A stretch of DNA of 63,813 nucleotides, filler included, from Guillardia theta CCMP2712 (lineage: Eukaryota > Protista > Cryptophyta), in assembly GCF_000315625.1 (NCBI RefSeq). It is 4 parts of 4 records of this genome, joined end to end, with 100 filler letters (N's around TTAATTAATTAA, not from the genome) between each part and the next. Parts side by side here need not be neighbours in the genome. Positions count along the whole stretch, not along the records: positions 25,668 to 35,101 come from NW_005434445.1; positions 35,202 to 49,013 come from NW_005434590.1; 2 more parts are not named here. One strand, 5' to 3'. The notes beneath the pieces were generated by a model. It worked only from the letters and a program-made list of their open reading frames with translations, had not been told where the DNA came from and did no database searches. Positions 28,044 through 40,570 of the stretch are shown piece by piece. A program made the translations under genes and the position numbers. Position 1 is the stretch's first letter, and every line of letters starts with the position of its first letter.

Positions 28044-30482
28044 AGATATTGCATGGGGGGGGGTTAGGTCGGGGAGGAGATATCTCTGTACCTCGGCGAG
28101 AGGAGAAGAGGATGCGATGGGGGTTGAGTTCTCGAGAGGAGGAGACGTTGCGGTCCTCCGAGTCCAGCTCAGACAGCAGGGTGTCCTCTTGCACGCTGGA
28201 GGAGACGAGCTGGGGAGAGGAGGGGCGGGGAGGTAGCTCCTCCCCCTCCTTCTCCTCTTCACGCTCCTCCTCCTTGGTCTTGGTGCCTTCCGGTTGAGAA
28301 GGAGCAGCAGGGGCGGCAGTTGGAGAGTCTTGGGACCTTTGAGAGGGAGGGGGAGGTGAGAGGCGCAAGGGGGGGAGGAGGGACGGCAGGAGACAGGACG
28401 AGAAGGAGGAAGGGAGTGGAAGTGGCAGAAAGAAAGAGGAAGAAGGAAACGGTGAGGTAAGGACGAGGAATTAGAGTGAGGAAGCAGAGGGGGGGGGCAG
28501 GAAGGAAAAGGAGGAGAAGATTGTGGAGGAAGAAGAAGATGGAGGGAGGAGGTGGAGGGGTGGGAGAAGGCAGGAGGAGGCAGGAAGACCAGGAGGAGAA
28601 GGAGGAGGAGGAGGAGCTTACCGGAGCTCGTGAAGGTCCATTGCAAGGTTGAGGACGGTGTCGACAGACTGACTGAGAAGGGAGCGGACGGACGTGAGGC
28701 CTCCGGCTGTGACGTCGCGAGTGAGGATGCGATCGAACCTGTTCTTGCGATCTCCTCCTCGTCCTCCTCCTCCTTCACCCCGTGCCTCGTCTCCTGTGGG
28801 TCTGATCTGGGGCACTTGCGCCTCCTCTGAGTTCCCGTCCACATCCTCCATTCTTCCCTTCATCTTCTCGTTCATCTTCTCCCTCACTCCCCGCGCACAT
28901 CCTCCTCCTCCTCCTCCTCCCTCGTCCATCCCCAGTTCAGCTAACACCAGGCTCAACGAGTCCTCGGCCCCAGCTCCTCCCCTGCTGGTGCGGGAGGGCT
29001 CGTCGCTCTCGAGCATGCGATCGAGCTCAAACCTCCTCCTCCTTGCTATCAGCGGAGGATCCTGGGCCTCCACCGCCTCCTTGAGATAGACGTTCCTTGC
29101 CAGCTGCTTCTTCATGCAGGACGCCTCCTCCTCCTTCTCGACCGCACGCCTGAAATGCGGAGAACCTGAAACAAGGACATACAGGAGGAGGAGAAGTCAG
29201 AAGGGGAGGGAGGGGGGAGAGAAGTCAGGAGGAGGAGGAGGAGGAGGTGGTGGTGGTGGTGGTGGTGGTGGTGCAGCAGCAGCAGGGAGAGGGGGATATG
29301 GTGTGCAGGAAGGAGAAGCTTGAGCGGGAGAGACATCAAGGGATGGCACTGACCCTGAAGGAGGAGGACGCAAACACACATGCCCATGTGCGCGACGTAA
29401 CTGCCCACGAGGAGCCAGTTCGCCACCCGGCTCCTCGTTCCCTCCGTCCACACGCTGTCGCTGCACATCGAGGCCGTCGCTGCACATCGTAGAGCACAGG
29501 AGGCGACAACGAAGAAGAGGAGGACAGAGGAGGAAGAGGAGGAGAAGCTCCAGTGGATGGAGAGGAGGAGGAGGAGGAGGAGGCTGGTGAGGAACGTGTC
29601 TATCGCTCCCCAGGGATCGATGAATCCTCCTCCTCCGCACACCAGCTCTCGGTAGCCCACCATCATCCTCCTATGAAGCCCCTCCCTCCTCAGCACGCTG
29701 CAGACCTGGAGGTTCGACAGGCAGGTGACAGCGGCGCAGAAGAAGAGGAGGCAGCGTGCCCATCTCGCCAGCGTCTCCAGCTCAGCGACCCAGCCAGCAT
29801 GGCAGATCTTGCGAGAGCGGAGGAAGGAGGCAGCAAGCTGAGCAAAGAGGACGGGCGTCAGGACGCCCTCTACCACCCTCCCCCCCCACAGCAGCAGCGC
29901 CTCGTAACGGAACCCCGCAGCTGCGTCCCCCACTGACAGCCCTTCCATGCAGGCATGAGCGACGGCGAGGAAGAGAAACAGAAGGCAGAGGACGAGGAGG
30001 ACGAGACGGACGAGTCGCGCTGCTCCTGCCTGGCTCTCCATGTTCAGATGCTTCTCCTCCTCCCCTCGGCGCGTGTACACCACGGTCTGCACGCCATCCA
30101 GCTGCTCCTGCAGGCAGTCAGCCGCCAGCGTCTGCTTCTCGTGCAGGTAGGAACACAGCCGGCGCATGCGGTCCTTCTGATCCGCAAAGCTCTGCTCCAG
30201 CCTCCTCACGCTCTCCTCCTGGTCCTTGAGCACAAGCTCGTGCGACAGAATGGTCTCGCCCCTGCGCTACGTCAGCCGACGAGACGGCAGCCCTCGCACC
30301 TACATCAAGAGCTCCTTCTCCACGCATTCCTTGAGCGCTTTGATGAGCGAGACGAGCTTCTCACTCCCTCCTCCCTCCCCGCTCGTCATTGCTGCTTCTC
30401 TTCCATCAACAAGGCCTGACACAACGGTCGGATCAGCAGGAGCAGCGGCAGCAGGATCAGCAGAAGCAGCAGCCTTCAGCAT
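25136..30482 (-). CDS. Hypothetical multipass membrane protein with N-terminal coiled coil and long C-terminal region, multi-exon, spans two N-gaps
   Basis: MLKAAASADP..KELLM|GETILSHELVLKDQEESVRRLEQ splices in frame into ORF 29112-30233, which has several hydrophobic helices. It continues GSPHFRRAVEKEEEASCMKKQLARNVYLKE.., with further exons to ..AATARVRIVTHRRTLNEL* at 25136. Continuity across the gaps is assumed. Confidence 0.5.
25568..25667. other. Assembly gap with artificial TTAATTAATTAA linker (also 35102-35201 and 49014-49113); plain N-gaps at 26461-26560 and 45150-45323
   Basis: N-runs flank the six-frame stop linker TTAATTAATTAA. Confidence 0.97.
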
Positions 30483-31159
30483 TTAGTATGTTGTTTGACG
30501 CCTCCTGTTCAACAAGAGTTGTTCTCTGGTCCTCTTTCCATCGTTATCATTCCATCTTCCCTCCTTTCATCGTTGCACGACCCTTCTTCGACACCAGTAC
30601 CCTCTCACCCCTCCAGTGACTCTCAACCCTTATAGCCGACTGGTCTTGCCCGGTCTCACCCTGCCATCTTCAGTCTCATCTTATCCTACATGGTCTATCC
30701 TCTCCTGTCTAACCTTGCCCGTTTCCTCTCCTCTCCTCTCCTCTCCTCGCTCCTCTCTCCTCTCTCCTCTCTACCGTCCTCCTCATTCCTCGTCAGTCTT
30801 TTTTGTTCCCTTTGACACCAAATTAGACCCACACATTTCACTCAACTCCTCCTCTCAGTCACGTGACCGTGACCCGGCGGCCGGGCCCGGCGGTCAGGCC
30901 TGAGCGGCGGCTCAGTCACTAGTGCCGGACTGGGTCACTTCCGAAGTTCCCCGGCCCGGGCCGAGCCTCAGTCGGACGGTGGTGGAGACTTGAAGGTTGA
31001 AAGTGCGGAAGTCGCGGGGCACAGTGAGGTGACTGAGATGACACGAATGTTTCATTCCGATACCTCCAGCTCCTCTCTTCTAACAGCTCCCAGCTCGCTC
31101 CCAAGAGCGAGGCCCTGGGCCGCAGAATTGGAGTCAGCAGCGGCTGTGCAGGCTCTTTA

Positions 31160-34100
31160 GCTCAGCTGCTCCGGGGCAGCTCTGCGGAGATGGAGGCTAG
31201 AGGGCCTGCGAAGAGGACTTCCTTCCTGTTGAAAAGCAAGTCAGGCAGAGTCGAGCTGGGTCACCAGCTGGGCTACGACTGACCCATCCTTGTCATAGCA
31301 GGAGGCCAAGAGAGTGTACGAGCCCGCCTCGAGGAAACAGATTCCCAGCTGCTCCACGTGTCAACCTTGTAACGGAGCAAATTCGCGATCACCTGGTGGA
31401 CAGCAGCTGGACTTGTGTCCCCGTTCGCCTTCAATGTACAGGAGAGTGCTCCGGCGACGAGGACACCATCCTGTCGTCGAGTCAGAGCAGGAGGAGGAGG
31501 AGGAGGAGGAGGAGGATGGGTAGAGGACGGGAAGAAATCACAAGGAGGAGAAGGCGTGCAGCAGCAGCAACGGAGGAAAGGATGGAAGCGGGGGAGGGAG
31601 GGGAGGAGAGATTTCACGAGGGTGAGGAGGAGAGGGCGGGGAGGGTGCAAGGAGAGAAGAGGAGCACACACAGGAGGGTCATGGAGACGGGCGAGGGACG
31701 AGGAGTCGCTCCATCCTCCGCGACGGATCTCAATCTGTTGGAGGCGTCAGGGAGCGAGACGGAACGAGCGTCAGCTTGCCATGAGGTGCAGAGGAGGGGA
31801 GGAGGACAAGAAGGAGAAGAGCGAGATCGAGCAGGTGTAGAAGTTCCCTGTACAGAGTCAAAACAACGAAGCCCTCCTCCTCTTCTTCAGCCCTCTTTCC
31901 TCCTCCCCTGCTCTCCCCAGTCCTCCTCCTCCTCCGCCTCCTCCTGGGCTCTCCTCTCACCGGTCACCAAACTGAACGCCGTCTCCCGTTCAGGAGCAGC
32001 AACGCCAGAGGAAGCAGCGGTCTCAGACGCGAAGGAGGCATGGAACCAGACCTTGCTGCCACGTCAGCAGCTGGTAGACAGGCGCGTCCCTCGGCACCTT
32101 GGCGGGTCTCAAGCAACTGACGTCGGCAGCCTCCAGCTGCATGCCGAGCAGGTTGACAAGTCCGTGACGAGACCCCGACGAGCTCCAGCTGATTCTCAGG
32201 TGGGAGAATAGAACGTCCCTCATCCTGCTGCCCGTCACCGCACCTCGGCTCAAGTTCGCGGGCCTTCGAACCTGTCCAGCTGTCGCCGAGCTGCTGCTCT
32301 CTTCTTCTCCTCCTCAGTTAGCGCCTGTCCACCGGGTCACTCCTCCCCTTCGCTAGCTCTCAACTCTCACCCGCTGCCCCAATGGCGGGACGTCGTCCTT
32401 GCCCGCCTCCTCCACAGACGGTCAGGAGGGTCAGAGGGACCAGGGGAGTCACCTCAGCTGGAGTCTCGAACTTCTTGATGAGCAGCGCGACTCTTTTGAC
32501 CGAGCGCGGGAGCAGGGAGAACGTCTTGCTGCTTGCGCCGTCCGCGTCTCCGCCGAAGGAGACGCACTGCCAGCAGGTAAGAGGAAGTCGAGAGGACGAG
32601 AGAGCAGCTCCGGACCAGCTGAGGCAGGACGGTGACGAGGAGGGACAGGAGTAGGTTGGAGTGGTTGACGACGTCCAGCTTCAGCAGAGCTGCTTGACAG
32701 CCTTGCTGCTCGAGACTCGCCTGCCAACTCCGCGTGACCCGAGGAAGCTGACGGGGTCAGAGGAACCTCGACGAGGCAGGTCGTGAAGGCAGGGGGTGGC
32801 AGGTTGATGCTTGAAGCGACAAACCTGAGCAACGAGAGAGGGGATGAGTTAAAACACACAAAGAAGTAAGAGCAGTAGCAGAGGCAAGGGCAAGGGCAGA
32901 AGCTAGGCATCAGCAAGGGCAGCAGGAGAAGGAGGCAGGAGGAGGAGGAGGAGGACAAGGAGGACAAGGAGGACAAGGAGGGCTGACATACCGGGGAATG
33001 ACATCGCTCAGCTTGTGATGCTCGTCAAGAGGTTCGTCGGCTCTCGAGCAAGCCTCCATTATCATCGTCTTCTCCTCCAGATGCGCGTCAGCTGCCCAAC
33101 ATTCGCGAATCCGAGCGTTGGAAATTTCAACGGAAGGCTCGACTGCCCTCGTAGTCTGAAGAAGCATGTCAATAGATCCCCTGCCTCCTCCCTGCCTCTT
33201 CCCCTCCCCTCTTCTCCCCTCTCCGCCTCCCCTCTCCCTCTCCCTCTCCCCTTCCCTCTCCCTCTCCCCTCCCCTCTCCCTCTTCTCTCCTCTCCCTCTT
33301 CTCTCCTCTCCCTTCCCTCTCGTTTCCCCACGTCTTCTCCTGCTCTTTCCCTTCCCTCCTCTCCCCGATACCAACGACGTCTCACCTTCCATACCAGCCT
33401 CCTCCAGAAGCTTCGCTCTCTCTTCCGTGCGTACAGAATCTGGACCTCTACCTCCTGCTCCTCTCCTCCGGCGTTGCCTTCCTCCTCCAGCCTCGAGAAC
33501 GCGTTCGACGAGCGTCGTCCTCCTCTCCCAGGGGCCTCAGCGGAAGCCCAGTAGTCGATTCTTACTGCCTTCCCTAGCACACGCCTTGAGATTTCAAGCA
33601 GACAAGCGAAGTAGAGGAGGGAGTTTGATAGCGAGCATCTCCAGCAAAAGGAGGAAGACCACAAGTGTGAGGGGGAGAAGGAGAAGAGAGTAGGGAGGAG
33701 GGAGGCGGGAGGGGGGAGTAGGGATGGGGAGGAAGTTTGGGATCTACCTCGATTCAGCGGCAGCGAGGCTTTCAGCGCCTCCTCGTTCACTCGCAGCCCC
33801 TTTGTGTTCACCTGGAGGGATGCTCACTTGCTCCCTCTCCGAGCTCCTCTCCAGCTCCCTACCTCCAATACTTCCACGGGTGCCCCCCCGACGTTCTCGA
33901 GGAAGAGGACGCCCGTGGTTACTTCGCCTGCTAGCGCGACCCCTTGCATGCTGCAGGTTAGACAGGAAGGAGAGGGAGGGGAGGAGGGAGGAAGAGGGAA
34001 GATAAAGGAAGGGGAAGGGAGCAGGTGGAGATAGGAGGCGAGGAGGAAGGAGAACATGAGAGGAGGGGAGTAGAGGAGGGAGGGGAGGGAGAGGACAACA

Positions 34101-34840
34101 CCTGACAGGTCAGGGCCGGAGATGTGGAGCTGTGGAAGTTGCTGGATGACGGCAAACGCGATCCCAGCTGATGAAACTCAAAGTGAGATGCAGACAAGCC
34201 TCTGTCCCTCCGCTCCTTTCCTTGCTGCACCTCCCCTCCTCTCCCCTCTCCCTCCCTCCTGTCCTTTTCCTCCCCTCCCCTTTCGCTTTTCCCTCCTCTC
34301 CTCTCCCCTCCCTCCCCTTTCTTCTCTCCCTCTCCCTCCCTCCTCTTCCGTCCTCTCCTCTCCTTCTCCCTCACGGACCTTCAGGCGTCTTTCTGCCTCT
34401 TTCGCTTCGCTCAGACAGCAGCGGCACCTGCGTCACGACATTCCAGACGCGAAACTTGAGGGCGTCGATGCAGCACTCGACGAGCTGCTCCTCCTCCTTC
34501 CCGCACGTCAGCATCCTTGACAAGTGTGGCAGCTCCTACCTCCTCTCCTCTGCTCGCCGATCCCTCTCCCTCCCTCTTCCCCTCCTCCTCCTCAGCCACT
34601 GCATCGGTATCAAGGACTGGATCGGAGCAGAGCAGCTCCGACTACCAGGGATGACGGACGCGTAGACAACCTTCCTCCTTGCTGCGTCTCCAGCATCGTG
34701 CGGGCCAAGCTCTACCCCAGCTCGGCCCGGTCAGACTCATCACGACACAAGGGAGGGACTGACCTACTACCATCGGCGCCACCTGCAGCTGCACCCCGCG
34801 ACAAACGGCACCCAGCACCTGCAGGGGAGGGTGACCGGGA
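31160..34840 (-). CDS. TRAPPC9: TRAPPC9/Trs120-like protein, C-terminal half (5' part lost in the gap at 35102)
   Basis: Collinear exons VLGAVCRGVQLQVAPMVVELGP..VVYASVIP, AVIQQLPQLHIS, ALAGEVTTGVLFLENVGGAPVEVLE, VNEEALKASLPLNRG, VQILYARKRERSFWRRLV..AVEPSVEIS and QDGVLVAGALS parallel remembered TRAPPC9 segments ([55 protein letters not shown]). Confidence 0.62.
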
Positions 34841-35284
34841 GAAGTCTGAGCACGCGCAGGTAGGAGGGGGGATGAAGTACGGGGCTGGGGGAGAGGATAG
34901 GAGGAGGGTAGGAGAGGAGGGTAAGAGTTGAAAGGGAGGTAGGAGCACCAGAAGAACTTTGTGGGGCCGGGGGGCGGAGGTGGGAGGGAGGGGGGGGGGG
35001 GGGGAGGAGGGAGGAGGGAGGAGGGAGGAGGGGGTAAGGAAGGAGGGGAGGGGGAGGGAAGGACGACGAAGGAGGGAGGACGGAGGGATACGACCGCGGA
35101 CNNNNNNNNNNNNNNNNNNNNNNNNNNNNNNNNNNNNNNNNNNNNTTAATTAATTAANNNNNNNNNNNNNNNNNNNNNNNNNNNNNNNNNNNNNNNNNNN
35201 NGACAGTGGCGTGAGATTCTGATTACAAGTATGAGACTGGCAATGATTTCTCGGGGAGAATGCTTACGAAACATGTAATGAGGA

Positions 35285-37598
35285 TTAATCAGCATTTTCA
35301 ATGATGAGAGGGTTGAGAGACAACAAACAATCCTTTGCAGCATTCGCAACCAGTCGGTCTTTGTCAACCAGCCTTCTGCTGAGGGAAAAAAGCATCTTAT
35401 CGATAGTTTGACACCTTGCTCTGACATTTCCTCTGATTGCGTCCGCGATCTGTTTGCAAGATCTAATAGCAATCAACCTTGTCGTTGTGTTGGGGTCGTC
35501 GATCAATCCTGATCAGAAAACGAATATTCAGATAGCAATCTTAGTTACAACTTGATGATGACTTGTAAATCTTCTCACAACTTGATGATAATTTGTTTCT
35601 CCTCCCACTCTTATCACCTGCAAGCTTCTCGAGGGCCGTCATCTTCTCATGGAACAATCTCCCAGGCGGATGAGAGAACCTGATTCCTGACAGGAGAACT
35701 CACAACAAGACATGAAAATCTGCAACCATGTTGTTCCCTTCACTTTGATTCATTTCATCGTGTTGACATCATTTGCATACAATTTCCTCATCCTCTTTTC
35801 CTTCCAAGATCATTCTTCCATGACCTTGACATCATCACTACCACCATGATTGTCGTCATCATATTACCCATCATCATCATCATCATCATCAGTATCATCA
35901 TCGTTATCATCATCATCGTCCTCGTCGTCGTCATCATCATCGTCCTCGTCGTCGTCATCATCATCATCATCACCACCACCACCACCTCCTCCTCCTCCTC
36001 CTCGATCATGTCATATTCATCTTACCCATCATCTCAGCACTGGCTGCTCGCACGTCAGGCTCGTCGTCCTTGAGTCGTTCTACTATCGCTCTCTCCCACT
36101 CCCTTGCCACCTTCCGTCCACAAGGAAATTCTCCTTCCTCACTATCCCCTCCTCTCCTCCCTCCCCTCCCCTCTTCCGCCTCCCCTTCCTTTCTCTCCTC
36201 TGCATCCTCCCCCTCCTGCCTGTTTGGCCCATAGACCATGGTAGACCATCCTTGTCTCGCCGCACAGAGGAGGGAGGAGGATGCTTCGGATCGGACAGAC
36301 GCGTTGCTGTCATGCTGAAGGCACTGAACTGCTGTCCTCAGCGCGTCCTGTCTTCCTTGTACCACAAGGGCCTGTCAAGCACGTGAGAACAGTAGGTGAG
36401 GAGGAGGCAGGAGGACTGACGCGGAGGGCAACGAGGGCTGCAAGGCGGATCATGTTGTCTTTGGCTAAGGTGGCTTTCAGGCTGAGCTGCTCGACGACGT
36501 CTTTATCGATCCTGCCAGGAGGAGCTGTAAGTTGGTGAGAAACAACCAAGATCATCATGCCAAGGGCACTTGAAGGAAAGGAGAAGCAAGGGATTGAGCT
36601 TTTCTGTGAAGGAATGTGCAACATGAGTGTTTTATGTGTGCATGTTTGTTTTCAGAGACATCAAACAAGCAGCATTGACTTACATCTGCCTATTCTCAAC
36701 TCTCGATGAGATGGTGGCACCGAATACCTTGCAAGCAAGTACTTGCTGCTCGACCTCGTTCTGCGATCCCAAGGAAACAAGGAGTTTGCTCGATATAATG
36801 TCGTCAGAGCTGTTTGCAGCTGCTTGCAACATCGACAACGAGTACTGCGCATCTTGGCTGTTGTCCTGGTTCTTCACTGCAGTCCTTGCCTTACGGAGCA
36901 AGCTTGCACTTGCTGCGGACCGTATGTTTGCATCCTGTTTCATCAACAATGCAGCTCGTGCGCTGGCAGAAACTTGCGTCTTGTTTGTTCGGTCAATCAT
37001 ACTGGGAGCAAGCAAAGATATCAGATCTCATGATAATCGTATCAAAGAGATACAGCTCTCAAGATTTTCCAGCATTCCGTCCCTTCCATCTTTCGTTTCA
37101 CTTATCACTCTTGCATGCATTCATCTCCCTTCATTCCTCTCCAATCAACACGCCCTGTTCTTTGCTCATACACATGTTCTTGTCAGCATGTTCAATCCTC
37201 CCTCCCCCCCTAATTCGTTTCATCACTCACCATCTCGCTGTTGCCCCGAGTCTATCCTGCCCACCTGCCTCTCTCCCTCTTCCTCTCTCCCTCTTCCTCT
37301 CTCCCTCATCCTCTCTCCCTCTTCCTCTCTCCCTCTTCCTCTCTCCCTCTTCTCTCTCCCTCTTCCTCTCTCCCTCTTCCTCCCTCCCTCTTCCTCTCTC
37401 CCTCTTCCTCTCTCCCTCTTCCTCTCTCCCTCTTCCTCCCTCCCTCTTCCTCTCTCCCTCTTCCTCTCTCCCTCTTCCTCTCTCCCTCTTCCTCTCTCCC
37501 TCATCCTCTCTCCCTCTTCCTCTCTCCCTGCCCATTCACATCACCTTCCACCCTCCCTCGCCTCCTCCCCCTTCCCCTCCCGCTCCCTCCCTTGCCAT
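35285..37598 (-). CDS. HEAT/ARM-repeat protein, multi-exon; start uncertain
   Basis: HEAT-like segments QCLQHDSNASVRSEA, IVERLKDDEPDVRAASAE, LIDDPNTTTRLIAIRSC, RRLVDKDRLVANAAKDCL, LLMKQDANIRSAASASL. Confidence 0.62.
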
Positions 37599-37789
37599 GG
37601 TCGGTCAACCTGCGACCGTTGAATCTTTTTCACTCAACAATTAAAAAGAAAAGAAAACTTGAAAGCGAGGTTGACACGCGAAAGCTTTTTAAAAGTCTAG
37701 TAGAATGAAGATTTGAAATGGCGTGATTTCATTTCAGGTCACTGAACCCAAACTTAAACGATTGTTCCCGCGATAACACATACAAGCTG

Positions 37790-37889
37790 ATGAAGCTTCT
37801 TGACGATTGTTCTGGCGATACCATGAAGCTTCTTGACGATTGTTCTGGCGATACCATGAAGCTTCTTGACGATTGTCCTGGTGATACCA
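37790..37889. repeat. 33-bp tandem repeat x3 (ATGAAGCTTCTTGACGATTGTTCTGGCGATACC)
   Basis: Units start at 37790, 37823 and 37856. Confidence 0.9.
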
Positions 37890-38249
37890 GTCACAGCCAT
37901 ACCTCCAGCAGCACAGCAGCGGCTGTGAGCTCCTGCAGAATGTCGCGAGCCCTGCCGCAGCCTTGCAAGAAGGAGGAGGGCGCGAGCTGAGAAGAGGGCG
38001 ATGCATGGTGAAGCCGTTCAAACCTTGAGAGGCCAAGGTGGATGCAACGCGCAGCAGTATAGAAGGCCGCGGAGCACATGGCAGGAGAAGGAGCGGAGGC
38101 AGAGAGGTAGAGGAGAGACAGTTGGGAACACTTGAAGTTGTGATGCTGCCAGTAGCAGGGTAGGTGGGAGTCTGGTGCTCATAGAGCAATGCATCTGCTA
38201 GGAGTGATAGAGCTTGTTCACGTTGTCAGTGAGATACTATCATGGATGA

Positions 38250-39048
38250 GTGAGATACTATCATGGTCTCGATGCATCTAACTCGCGCTTGTCTCTGTGT
38301 GCTTTCAGACTTAGCATACCGCCTTCCATTATCCTGTGCCATTCGTTGACTGGTCAAGCGAAGAGAAGAGAGCGAGTCACCGAGAAGAGCACAGCAGCTT
38401 CAACGAGCTCCTGCGGAATGTTGCTGAAAGAGCTTTGGAGAGGCTTTTAGAATACTGCCGGCCATGTATCTGCTTGCGTGATAAAGCTTGTTGATGTTTG
38501 TCGATCAGGAAGATGCTGTCAGGGTCTTTCTACTCACCTGGGGCAGACAATCATGCACTCCCGCGACGACTGTGAAAGATCAAGAAGAAATGTCAAGGTG
38601 ACAGGAAGGCGGCAAGAAGCCAAGGTAGATGGCGCAGCACTCTTGGGATCGTTCATTTCCAGTTCTTTTACGACACACCTCCTACTCATAGAGTAAATAG
38701 TCTACGACATTCCTTTCCGGGTCAGCCGCACACAGTTCATCGCAAACACACGCGATCCTCTCTTCTACTCTATGTGCTCCCAGAAGTCTTCTAGTGCAAC
38801 ACGGATCAGCCCCTGCTCTTCCATGCTCTCCCTCCCAATGCGCTATCCTCGCTCTCTCTCTCTCTCCCCCCTCCCCCCCCCCCCCCCCTCTCGTTTCTCT
38901 CGTCCTTGTCACTCATGACTCTCTCTGCCCTGACGCCTGCGACAATGCGGCGGCACTCGCGACATTCTGTACCAGCTCCTGCCCGTCACTTCTCACGTCC
39001 ACTCTCATGCGCCGGTAGCTTGACAGCTGGTGACTGAGGACTGGAGGC

Positions 39049-39109
<61 letters not shown>

Positions 39110-39162
39110 CGCTGTTGCTGTTGTTGTTTGAGGAGGAGGAGGAGGAGGAGGATGAGGAGGAA

Positions 39163-39224
<62 letters not shown>

Positions 39225-39320
39225 TGAGGACGAGGATTTAGATGATGATGAGGATGAGGACTGGGGAGTATGCCAGTGAACGTGCTGGATTGCGATGCGG
39301 CGGCGCGGCATCATCTTCAT
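38250..39320 (-). CDS. Small hypothetical multi-exon gene (low confidence)
   Basis: Exon-like pieces flanked by GT/GC-AG: YRRMRVDVRSDGQELVQNVASAAALSQ, GLIRVALEDFWEHIE, KPLQSSFSNIPQELVEAAVLFS. No family recognised. Confidence 0.3.
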
Positions 39321-39920
39321 TGGGGTAGGCGCGTCCTCGGGCTGAAGTTACAGGGCCGATTTTGTACTACAGCCCAAAAGAGATCTGAAAGGGCGCGATG
39401 TGGTCACCTGATTCCTGTAAAGGTCCCATGTCATGGTTCTAGGACCGTGATCAGACCGTTGATATGGGGGAGTAGACCACCCCTACGAAAGGGGGCTTTT
39501 TAGGATCACATAGTGTCCGGGGTCCGTATCTTTATATTTTTTAGATGATATTATCATTATATATCTGCTTTACTCAAAGTTAAGTTAAAAATCAGTACGA
39601 GGACAATCAGGAGAGTCGAGGAGGCTTGACCCTGACACTGTCGCACAGGCCAAACGGCGATCATTATAGAGTGTCCGGGGTCCGTATCTTTTGGGATATC
39701 TTTTGGGTGACCTTCTTCTTCGCATCCTTTCGGACCGATCGTTAGTTTATCAAATCGCTCAACGTGGCACCGTGCCCATTGCGTTCCGAAGGAGTACGGT
39801 AATAAGTGGAGGAGACAGACAGGATACATAGTGAAGCCGTTCAAACCTTGAGAGGCCAAGGAGGATACAACACGCAGCTGCACGGGGTCTCTTTGAATTC
39901 GACTCAGTAAATCGCATTTA

Positions 39921-40292
39921 GGCCCGTTTCCCGCCGGCTCCCAGATTCCAGATTTTTGACTTTATTCAAACTAATTTGAATAAAGTCCCCGAAATATTCA
40001 CCGGTGCTTTCAATACATACTGACAGGGGGTGGGTCCACTGCCTGTTCATATTTGATGCTCCCAGCGTACCCTCCCTACCTTCTAACAATTTTTCTCGAT
40101 TGAGCTAATAGTATATTTCCATATAGTGCCTGCCCATTCGAAAAGCAAAATCTGGGAAAGTCAACCGCATCGTTTCATTCTCAAATTAAAATGACTTATA
40201 GTTGAGTTCTGGAGTAGAAAAAAAAGAATTTGACTTATATTTGTATGAAAAAATCTGGAATCTGGAATCTGGGAGCCGGCGGGAAACGGGCC
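39921..40292. mobile_element. 372-bp MITE, PIF/Harbinger (Tourist)-like
   Basis: Perfect 34-bp terminal inverted repeats GGCCCGTTTCCCGCCGGCTCCCAGATTCCAGATT (39921-39954 / 40259-40292). TTA flanks both sides (39918-39920, 40293-40295). Interior is AT-rich and non-coding. Confidence 0.88.
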
Positions 40293-40570
40293 TTATAATC
40301 AAAGTTTGAACTGACTTCCCGCGCTCCCGCGCATGACTATGCTCCCATGAACGTGCCTAAAACTTACAAGTGTGTTTTAAACGCTTGGCTCCCTTAATTA
40401 ACTGATTGTCTTGAGACTTCTTCGCCCGGGGGAATCGGCCCAGTTACTGAGAGTGCCGCCGGGTCTCCTTGGCCGGGCCCCGAGCCCCGGGCCCCGAGAG
40501 TGTCCGGGCTCCGGCTTCGGTACTGACTGGGCCTGAGATCAGGTTTCACAAGAGTTTGTAGGAGCCGAGA

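Noticed and set aside
30300-30302. Apparent premature TAG in the membrane-protein gene
   Set aside because: The TAG lies within an intron (AT|gtaggt...cgcag|G), and splicing restores the frame.
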